A stretch of DNA of 64,000 nt from Tubiluchus corallicola (taxonomy: Eukaryota > Animalia > Priapulida): the NCBI GenBank assembly GCA_030141605.1, contig JAQGDQ010000219.1, positions 248,001 through 312,000 of the forward strand. Direction: 5' to 3'. Under the pieces are notes generated by a model, which saw nothing but the letters and a program-made list of their open reading frames with translations, was not told where the DNA came from and searched no databases. This document shows, piece after piece, positions 1-11,100 of this stretch (the first letter of the stretch is position 1; each line of letters starts with the position of its first letter). The position numbers and the translations under genes were made by a program.

Positions 1-874
1 ACTAAGCTCAGTATTCATTACAAAGTAGCATACAGAAATTGCATTTAAAACTAGAAGATATATCTGTCATTTGCACTTTTTGACTTCAAGTGCAAGTATA
101 TTTTTTAGTTTTCTTAAAACACAATTGATTGTGATGCAATGTCATTTATGATTCACCACTTGCTTATTTTTACCAGATAAGATGCCACATAGAAACCCAT
201 TGCTAAAACTAGGTTTTCTTTCTCGCTGCTCTATGAATGTAATATTGAATCATTAAAATCCATCTACAGCTTTTTGAGATGTTTTTCAGACAAGCAGACA
301 TTGAAAGCAAGAACTTAACAAAATCAAAATTATATCGATCTTTACTATTTTCGAACATTGAATTTGGTTCTTTCTTGTGTACTATTCTCACCTCAACAAA
401 AATTAAAACTTACACTATTTTCAGCTATCGTGCAGGCAGACAAATTTTATTTTTGAGCATATATTACATATTAAATACCCACACTTGTATGAATTCAATA
501 AGTTTCACGAAAAACCTGTACAGGTCTTTAAAGCTATCGTGTTAGTTCTGTTGTCATTGTGTCATAACAAGTAGTTTCCTTAGGTAGGGAAATTCACTGG
601 ATAATATAGCATAGTTGACATAACAAGATAAAAACATATTTTTGCAACTTGGTCAAAACTTACTGTGCTCAAATTTTACATTAAACTTCCACTGGCTTCC
701 ATTCTCATAGTGTTATCATCACAGAGTTTGTCAGTGTGTTTCCTTGGTGATGGAAAATCTGGAAACCTCATCAAAGCAATGTTAAAATTCCAGTATCACC
801 ATTTCTTGTACAACATTTTATTCACAAAATTCAGTGACATTTGTTCTTTGATCTTCTAATCTTATATTTTTTAG

Positions 875-931
875 GCTATGAAACTGATTTATGAGACCAG
901 AGAAAATGCTCAGAATGAAACGTCTAGGTGA
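875..931 (+). CDS. possible terminal exon of an unidentified plus-strand gene entering from the left edge
   Basis: Good acceptor (ttatattttttag, ending 874) followed by AMKLIYETRENAQNETSR-TGA, then ~1.7 kb of T-rich 3'UTR-like sequence with AATAAA near 2555 and 2652. I recognise no protein family, and possible upstream exons (~177-212, ~425-523) cannot be joined unambiguously. Confidence 0.25.
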   Translation, partial: AMKLIYETRENAQNETSR

Positions 932-3900
932 GGACAAGAAGTTGTTTAATTTTGCAAGTGCCTTTGTTGGAATTGTTGTTTGTTAAAGGCTGATGTTCAA
1001 GCTATGATTATCATGTTTGCACAGATGTCAGCATGTATTATCCAAAACCTGAAAATGCTAATTGCATCTGTTTCACTGCGACGCTTAATTTGAGAATTTA
1101 CTTATTCTACATCTGACTTGCATTAAATCATGTTCTAATATTACTATATTAAATAGTCTCAAATAATATCAGGCTTACAATGTAAAAATGTAGCTTGTGT
1201 CTGTCAATTTGTTTCTGTCTTTCATGAAAATTATTCAGATGAGTACTTAAAATTGTGAGAACTTGAAGAAAATAGCATGAGAAAGCTGATTTTTGGTAAG
1301 TTTGTTTACTTGTTTGTTGTTGACATTTGTTGTGGTATTATATTAGTGCCAATGTTCAGTAATATTGATGGTAATTAATGCAGTCAGTATGCTGCTGGTG
1401 TAACAGATCTGATCAGTAACGCTTCGCACTTTACTATACTCATAACTGTGTTATTTTAGCAGTATTTTTGATAGGGTTCCATGTAAGAAAGTGTTGCTTA
1501 ATAACTGTGTAAGAAATAATGAGGAAATTGGCAAATTTTTATCAGTGTTTAAGATGCAAAGTTTTTAAAAGTTACATCTTATTTTGATAACTTTTGCAAC
1601 CTTAGTTAGTATGGTTAATATACAGCTTGTGTACTACTCCATTCCATTTAATATCTGTAAAAAATGAAACAGCCAGAAAGGAATTAATTTTCTGTGCACT
1701 TCAAGTTTAATTTTGATTTTTATGAGTAGGACTATAATACTTTTTTGAGCAATTTGTAAGTGTAGTGAAGTTAGTGGCAGTTGGTTTGTAAATTTGTATA
1801 GTTGTTGCCAGTTCGTGTTTATTAAATTGTAATAATAATTTGAAACTAATAACTACCAAATAGTTGTACTGTAATTTTTGGTTCAACTCAGCCATTTGGC
1901 AGAATTTCTGCTATTCCTTCATAATTTTTTTTATAGATTCTTAAAAATGTTTCAAGGACTTTTTTATAAGAAATGTTTCGTTTGCTTTGCTCAGATGTGT
2001 TCCTTATGATGCCTCATTTTTGTACTTAATGATAAAATTTTAATTTTTTTGCGTAAACTAATTTTTAAAAATTAGCAGCAAATATTTATGTAATTTTTAA
2101 AAGAAATCTTGCTCATAAGGTTGGTTATAGCTCCGTAGGCTATTAATGGAATGACAGTTATTATCTCATAAAGTGTACTATTAGTGTGTTATTATTCGTT
2201 ATGTAAGTTGTAACTATGTATTTTACATAGTGGTTTGCCTCTCATTAGCGTCAATAACATTTTTTTTTGTTTTGATTCAGATATCAAATATCTACGTGAA
2301 TCTGCATGTCCTTTTTATAATATTCTAGTGTTTATTTTTATATTGTAATAACAGTAAGATTAAGTATGCTAGTAACTATTTATGTATTTGCCAATTAATT
2401 TTTTTGAATGTTCTGTAATATATTTTTTAGCATCTGCTTCACATAGTTGGTTATATAATACAAAGATGAAGTTTTCTTATTTTGAAAGCAAATAGTCAAT
2501 TTGTAAATTATTTTGTACAAATGCTTTTAATTAATTTCCAGTGATTTTTGTCTTTAATAAATCGCAGTTACTAACTTAATATTGTTGGTTGAGTATGTAC
2601 CATCATCAATTTTGTAAATTTAGCATTTTTTCTAATGAAGTGAATACCTTAAATAAACATGTTTAATTAACAACAGGAATTATGTTAGATTATGCACAGT
2701 ATCACAGCGACTCTATTCTAAGTAACGCACGACTAAATAGCTGTAAGTATTCTAAGTAGACTACAAACCAGTTTACCTAGGCAGCAACTACTCTACCCAT
2801 CGTGGATCCAATATAAACAGTCGTACAGGTAGTGAGATCCTGTTTGTGGTTTCAGATGTGCACAACTAGAACCCAGATTAATTGTGCTATGTAAACAGAA
2901 TATTATTCGTCTTGTGTCGTTTTGTTAGGACTGCTGGAATAGCACTGCTCTGACATTAATGCATGGGGCCCTGACAGTGTGCTTTTAATGATAGAGGCAA
3001 AGAAAACCACATATCTATATGTAGTGTAAACAGGGGTACAAAATCATTAAAGATAAGAAAGGGAATAAGGAGATCCAGGACGCGTCGCGAGTCTTCCCAC
3101 AGAATAAATAGAGCTTATTTTACGGTTTTAGTGGTTTAGTTTTAATTCTGAGCCACTTTGTGTATTTGAATGATATTGCAACCCAGTTAACATTGAAAAA
3201 TTCAACTTAAACATAAAGTTGTATTTTTAATTTGTCGACGTACTGTTGTCTGGATTCCAATTGCTTGTAAATAGTAAGTGAAAGGACTTTTTCACAAAAT
3301 TGAACAGCTGGCAAATTTTACTTCTACTTGCAAATAATTCTGCTATGAACATTTCAGTTTTGAAATTTACCTAATATTACAAGACTAGGAGATATTACTG
3401 TAGAAACTTAAGTCCATTTCTTTGAAGACGTTCAGGGACAGATTAACATAATACATTGAATAATTATTAGAATAGTAGCCAAGCCGTGACAAACTTGTTA
3501 TCTACATCAAGGGACCATTTGAAACAATATAATCGTCAACAAGGATTGTCAAAACTTTCTTTAGCATCAGCAAACATACAAACAATAATAGCAGCTGCAA
3601 TGACAATAATAGCTCCAGAAGCCACACAAACATTAATGCACTAAATAAATTGGTAATACTGGCCTGGGTCTACATTAGAAGGCGAAGGTTTGCAAAAGTA
3701 TTTGCATAATCAGGATTAAATAAAATTATTGTAATCAACAATGTACAAACATTCCACGTAGTGTTTTGTTTGCTTTGCTTAAGTGAGTGGTACTACTGTA
3801 CAAACACCAACTAATAAGCAAGGTGAACAAAAAACCAGGGATGAGCATTATCTGTTTGGTGGAGTGAATATGACTTAATTGTTGACACAAGAATAAAGTA

Positions 3901-4465
3901 ATATCAATGATACATGAAAGTGTTCCCACGCTGCTGATTTTTAACTAAAAAGCACCTGTTTGTCCAAGTATGAATGTTTTTTGTATTATGATATCTGTTG
4001 AGTGTTGATGAATGGTATAGTAGTAAACTGAAACTGTTGAGTGCTGACTTTAGTAAATCGCGGCTATGCTACAAAATGTAACAAGGTCTGTAACACCTAT
4101 CGTCGAATGGTTACCCAACCGTTTCACGCTTTATCCAAACCGTGTTTTCATGTCAAAGAAGTAACTAAAATGCCTTACATGTGATTTTTCTTTTCCCGTT
4201 TTTCCTGTGGGCTTGATAATGAAAATAAACCATGAAATGGAAGACGCCAGATCAAGATCTTTTGTTTAATACTCGAACTGTCAAGAATGGCGTGGAGCCA
4301 CAGCTGAGGAAATTATATTGATGTTGACATTGTAATTATATAAATGTATATACAACCTCATCCCAACAATTCGTTACGTCAATTATGATTCATAAATATA
4401 ATGTATAATGTTCACACTTTTCCATTTAACTTCCATGTATGATTATGGATCAGAAGTCACTAGTC

Positions 4466-4471
4466 TTTATT
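4466..4471 (-). terminator. candidate polyadenylation signal (AATAAA) for the NCKX gene
   Basis: TTTATT on plus, ~200 nt beyond the TGA. Other downstream signals are possible. Confidence 0.35.
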
Positions 4472-4670
4472 TTGTAGGTTGCAATTTTTGTGTGCTATGC
4501 ACACCTGGTGATGAATCTGTTAATTTAAGACTAATGGTAAAGTTTTTCTGATGTTGCATCATCTTTTCACTTCCAACAATCGTAGTCATTTTGACACACT
4601 GGATCAGCGTGTGCAGTTGTCACGTATATGAACAAAAACATGTTCTCGTACGGTTCGTGTCTTTCGCCTC

Positions 4671-7600
4671 TCAATGGTGTTTGCAAGGTGGCGCATTTAC
4701 GTAACCGAACACATTGAACTCGATCATGCTGGAGAATACGAGAAAGACGACGTAGACAATCATAAGAAACCAACCAAGTTTCGGGGTGAGCCTCCACTTA
4801 TTAAAATGAATAGAGCCAATCTGAAGCAGAAACGCAAGTAATAAAAAAGTGCTACAAGCAGGGAAAAAGTAAAGATTTTTTAGGTTCTAACTTATTAGTG
4901 TAGTGCTAATGTACATACATGATAAAAAATATTTAATTAGGACATTGTGGACAAAAGTATGTCTTTTGGCTACATAAGGTCAAATTTTACGATAGTTAAG
5001 AAATGATAGAAAAACAATAAAATGTGCTGTCTTACCGTAACAATTACTGTGCCAAACAGTAAGCCAACTGAGAATACCAAACCATTACTGTTAATATGCA
5101 CCTGAAATTATATCATGTACTTTTTAAAAGTAGTTTATTTATTTTTAATGGCCATTTAGTATTTCGTCGTTAGGACTTATTTGTTTAAAATTAATATTGT
5201 TTGTTTAAATAGTTTTTATTCCTTTTTGTTCATTCTGATTCTGTTTCTTGAAGACGGGCAACATTCTATGAAGTTAAACATTCTAAGGTGTTTTTCAAAT
5301 TATCTGTGAGATAGGTTTGGATCTAAGCACCAAGATCCATAGTAAGACCAAAAATTTTTTACAAAAGCTCAAGCGATTAACAGGTTTCACTTAGTAGAGG
5401 TGTTCGAGGTACGGATCGGGATCGAGTTTCGGATCAGGATCAATGTTCGGGATTGAGGTGTGGTTAGTGACACTAACTGGTGATTTTTCAGTATTAGCAA
5501 TGTAGTCAGGATCGGGGTGCGGGTCAGGACCAAAAGTAAGGACTTCAATCCCGAATACCCCTAGTGCAGGTTAATCAGTGTTGGTACAGAACATTGGATG
5601 GATCTGTTAATCAGAACTACATATCAATCAACTAGGTTAATAACATTTTGTTTTCAAACATTTTTGTCAAAAGATAAACTACTGATACATTTCAAGAATG
5701 TGTATGTTACACTTACTGCCTGTCCTGTGAAAATGATAGCTGTTTTTACGAACCAAGGAAGCGCTAGACCCAGTAATATGTCAAAAACATTACTTCCAAT
5801 ACTATTTGAAACGGCCATATCACCCAAACCTAAAATACACGAAAATATGTGTCTCATGCATATTGTGAATCGGATACAAAGACATGTCAGTAGATGACTG
5901 CAGCTCACCATTACATTAGAACTTCTCATAACTAGCCCTTGTTGTTTTGCGAAATGCTTGGAAAGACAGATTACTGGTCGGATGACTTGTGGAACTGGAG
6001 CTTTTATTTACCAAAGAAAAGTTCTAATATTCTGAAGAACAATTCATTATAACAAAGCCTATGCTTTGGTCAATTCTGTAGTCAATTTTACTTAACTAAA
6101 CGTAATCAGGACTGGAATATCCTAGGCTAGTATAGGCCGCAGGGTATGGCCCATCAAAAGCTTGGGGCTCCTCGAGCTTTAGTAACATTTGCAAAAAAAA
6201 TCTGATTTCAATGCGGTTGTGTTGAAATATGGTTTGCAATAAATAGTGAAATAGTAGTATTTCTTTTTATTGACAAACACAAGATAATTATTCTAGTTTG
6301 TTTAAAGAATTTGCAATAACTTTACCTCTAGCTACGTAAATGTCACTAAACGAGTAAAAATTTTCAAGACGTGTACGGGCTAGTTAGAGGGTGGCTCCGT
6401 GTAGGGGGATGGGAGTGGGGTGGGGTCATAGTTTCATTAGCCTAGGGCCCCAATAAAGGTATGTGATATAATTGTCGTGAACTTTACAAAAATGTCACCT
6501 TCCCAACAATATGGGAATTTTACCTTGTCTGGCAACAATAAGACTGGCCATTCCATCAGGTATGCTCGTTCCCGCAGCCAGGAACGTTATACCCATTATA
6601 CTGTCCGGAACATGAAGCGTGTACCCGATAATGGCTACCTGAAATGAGTTCAACCTCTAGTAAATGTTGATTTCAAAATATTTCTTTTATAATATAAGAA
6701 GTTTTTGTTATCAAAGCTAAAGTGGAATGTAAATCACGGCGCACATGTTATGTAACCTGCATGCTTAGTCTGCATGTTTTATTTAATCCTGACTCTAAAA
6801 TAGATCTTACCATCCAAACCATGACATAAGAGAATGCTGCAATCCAAACTATTGACATAACAAATGTCACCATAAACCATGATTCCCATCTTTTCTTCCG
6901 ACAATCAGGAATGGAAAAGAACATGATTATATTGAGAGGCAAGCAGAACACCCACTTAAGCACGGCCCAACAGCCATCCTCTGAAATCAAATCATCAGTG
7001 TTAGTTTAGTAAAAAAACAACAACGCGCATTTTATCTTCCACAACATTACATAAATGGCATAAACGCTGGTTCATTTGGATGCCTCTTTTTTTTCGTTAA
7101 GTCAACCTTCAAATTATAACGAGGTTTTTGACAACTTTTGTAAACTTTGAGTCACCCATTAATGATTGTTGTTTCTCTAAATTTTCAATTAATTTGTTGT
7201 ATATGGCCACATTTCTAATTCTCATTAGCGTGCATCTAGCAGTGATACCGATGTTCATTTCAAAGTTAATAGGCTTACCGAAACTTGAATACAGGAATAT
7301 CTGTTTAACGTGGTAGCAGTAGCATAATATTAGTAGGTTTGGGTTTTTGCTTACCAATGGGAATTCCAGATTTCCAACTATCAAACTCTTCTTCTTCCTC
7401 AACTTCTGTTTGAGGTCTAAAATAGCAAACACAAAAAATTATGAGTCGGAAGTGTATAAGGCTATAAAGGTTATTTGCAACAGTGAACATTGAAAGTTTT
7501 GAGTATGGTCGTACACCAGTATTAGGAAAGGCAGGGACATTCTTCTAGCACAACCTTGCAAAATCTGAGTATCAGTATTCTGCAGTTAACAATATTGCTA

Positions 7601-7938
7601 CAGCTATTACTAGTGTGTGAAAAATTCGAGTACAACTGAACTTAAGAATATTTAAGAAAGGTTCATACTCGCCATGTGCAACCTTCACGTAAGAAGGTGC
7701 ATGAGAACCAGCCAAGCTTTCGTAGCTTTTCTCAATTTCTCTCTTTAGTAATTTGGTGCTTTTTGTTATCACAAGACTGGAGACACTCAGCTGTGATTTG
7801 GTTTGCCCGCCAAGATGTAACAGCTCTGCTCTTTGTTTCCGTCGCTAAACATGAAACATTTAACATTTCTAGGTTGATTGTTTATATTATAGGTAAATGG
7901 GTACATATAGATAGATACAAGATAGTATTTTCAGAGAA

Positions 7939-8020
<82 letters not shown>

Positions 8021-8104
8021 AGAGAGAGAGAGAGAACAGGAGAGAGAGAACAGAGAGAGAGAGAGAGAGAGAACAGGAGAGAGAGAACAGGAGAGAGAGA
8101 GAAC

Positions 8105-8171
<67 letters not shown>

Positions 8172-11100
8172 ATTGCTACCTCTAAAATTAACATTCGTGT
8201 GGCTGCTTGCAGTCGAGTTTTTGCTGAAAATTTGTCTGTCAGCATGATTTTAAGGGTAGCATCAGCTGCATTCAAGCTGTAATGAAAGAAAACACAAAAA
8301 CAAAAGGCAATTATTAAGCAAAAATGATGGCATGTCAGCATGGCATATCAAAATGACTACTATGACAAATTTTTTTAGGGGTAGACTTTGCGAAAGTGAC
8401 TCAGGTGACTCCTCTTTTGCACACCATTAAATTTGCATGTGTAACTTACTCTTGTCTTGGGTTATCCCTGATGTCTTCATCAATGCTCTGCTTTGTCACT
8501 GAGTTTTCTGCATCGCTGTGGCGGCTGTGATCTGTATGATGACTATCGGTCGTCCCAAAAGAAGACTTTCTTCTAACAGTTGCTTGCCGTTCCAGTCTTA
8601 TCATTGGTATATCGACAGATTGGCTGCGTGCTTTTTCCTCTTGGTAGCTATTGGCGATGGACGCACTGCGCGCCTTTTCTTCTTTATAATTATTAACTGA
8701 AAATAGGAGTATTATTGGGACTGAAAGAAATTTTATAGAAACACCGTTGTTTTCCACAGATCTTTCGTCCCCGGCCCTTGGTACATCTTCACTGATTCTT
8801 CAGTGTATCAATACATGACAAGATAATGAGCCTACTGTCATTTTTAAGATGAAATGCAAGGGGGAAGAAACGTCTATGGTTTAGTAAAATGACTTGAACT
8901 AACGCGCCAACACCTGAACACCTGATTTAATTATAATAATCAATCATGGTATTCATCAATCAATCATCAATCAATCATGCACAAGACATGATAGAGTTAC
9001 GGCAGTTTCTGAAGCATGCAGTTCTTGTAGTTAAAGTAGGACAGTGTCTTAATATAAATGCATTTTATTCGGTAATGCTCGCGCGTTATTGCATTTAGGT
9101 CGATTGACCATCATACATTTTGCACACAAGCCTCATCGCACTAAACTAGATCTATGCACATATATTATGCGGAATTTAATAAAGTTTGAAATTAAAGACA
9201 GTTTAATTACCCTGAAAAACATGCATGCGTGACTGTGTCATAAATAAAATGCCGTCTCCAGAATGCTAAATGATGTAAGCTAGCCAACAAGCACAGATAT
9301 TATTTGCATTTAATTATACGTAATATGTGCAGGTATGTTGCGTAAACTCCAGTCTACCTAGTTACACATTTTAAATGCTTTTCAAGCAAAGTTAGCCAAC
9401 CATTTACCATTTACCAAAAAGCTGCCGATTTTGTTCATTTTAATTATTACCATTAATATCAGCTGGAATGTCAATCTCTTCGCCTTGTGCAGCATGCTCT
9501 TTCTTGACTTTCCACTCAGCTAGCTTCCATACGATTTTCGAATTCAATCTACAAAAAATCAAAATGCATGTGGCTGCTAATTTTCATGCACGCAAATACA
9601 GGGTATAATGATGAAAAATGAGTTATTATTTTGTAATAGAGCACAGCCTTATCTGGTCGGTTTCCTCTGAAAAAGGATATCTGCTGGTGGTACAACTAGT
9701 ATAAATAAAACCTCAATAAAATTAAATAGAATAACGTTAATTTTGGCGTTGATAATATTTTAATGGGCTAATACGTTTCTGGTCTAGATACTGGATCATC
9801 ACACATTTAGAAAAATTCTCGATTTTTTATAAGAGTTCCAGAAGACCTGACCACGTTGTGTCAATGTATTTGAACGAAGATCTGTCTAAAAAGACTAATG
9901 GTAGTTAGAAAACAGAGCTGATTTGTTTGTCAGTTTAAATTAGGTTTTCTTCGTTGCGTCCAGGTAACATTTCAGTTTTTAACCTGGTATTATAAAAACG
10001 CATGACGCTTTTTAATTTCAAAATGGTTTTCTATCATACCCATTCAATTTTTGCAGTTTTCTAAAATTTTTAAGAAGTTCACAACCCAAAATCTTCTAAG
10101 CAGTTTAATTTCCAGCTAAAGAGAGAAAGTAGAATTGAGTTATATTAAATGCCCGTCGGTCACTTGTCTGATTATTATTACTACCAATTATAATTATTAC
10201 AAAATTATTGCCAATTAAAATTCCTTAAAATGCTTAGGGTTTTAATTAAATGTTCATTTAATTGAATGCATGCTATTAATGCGTAATTTTTATTTGTTTA
10301 ATTTTAATTTTACTTATTTGAAACTATCTATTTTCGTACTAACAATGCATGGACCATCATGGAAATACTTTATTATAGGCAATTTTGATGCAAATCCATG
10401 TAAAAATAAATTTCTATTCCATTCTAGCTGGTATAGGCTTCAGTGCATAACTACGTAAACGTGGCGGAAATTTCCAGACGCCAGCATAGAAAACAATATT
10501 AACAAAAATGTAAAAATCCCTTAACACATTTTGTTTAATAAAGTTTTCTCTTTGCTATCGTACGGCCACTTGTATGCTTTTCTATAAGCTTCAGGGCACC
10601 GCTGCTAACCTGGCGCCGGTGTGGTAAGAGGTTTCATGAAAAATACAGAAAATATAAAATAAACGAAAAGTAACAAATAGGAAGTTGAAGATTCAGATCT
10701 TGCAGTGTTTAAGTCTTCCGTTATGGGAAGGACTATTAGCTTTGATTTATTTGCCTAAACGCCGTAATGTACTTTTTAAATTTTGGCATCGTATTAGCTC
10801 CGCCCAGTACTTGTTATATACTCACAACCCTCCATGCTCTTTTTTATAAGAGTTAGCGTATAGGTGTCTTTGTCAACTTTTATATACGACAATGAAACTT
10901 CGTTGACTGGTTTTCAAACTATTGCTTGACATTTGACAAGACTATTTTTGCCTGCTTCCTTTATTTTTGGCACTTCTTTTGAGGCTAAAATGTTGTAGTG
11001 AAAAATGGTAATAGGCCTATCTTTTAGAAGAGCTTCAAGGGTTGAATGTTGAGAGCGATTAATCATGTTCACGACGAAAATCCATTTGCACACATTTTGC

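Noticed and set aside
4620-4673. Readthrough or selenocysteine at the NCKX TGA
   Set aside because: The stop matches the normal NCKX C-terminus, the context is not TGA-CTA, and I saw no SECIS.
6107-6460. Possible hAT-like MITE remnant in NCKX intron 14
   Set aside because: GC-rich patches are suggestive, but I could not define matching TIRs or a TSD.
7676-8185. ORF with poly-RE (and poly-LS on the other strand)
   Set aside because: Translation of the (GA)n microsatellite. Only 8180-8276 and 7669-7844 on the minus strand are real exons.
8697-8835. In-frame upstream extension of NCKX exon 9 ([16 protein letters not shown]...)
   Set aside because: The plausible upstream acceptor leads into an in-frame TGA and the nearer AG lacks a pyrimidine tract. 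The canonical acceptor at 8697 is strong.
9205-9225. tttttcag-G-gtaatt on the minus strand as a microexon or recursive splice site
   Set aside because: A 1-nt exon would frameshift, and the pattern is not the AG|GT of a recursive site.
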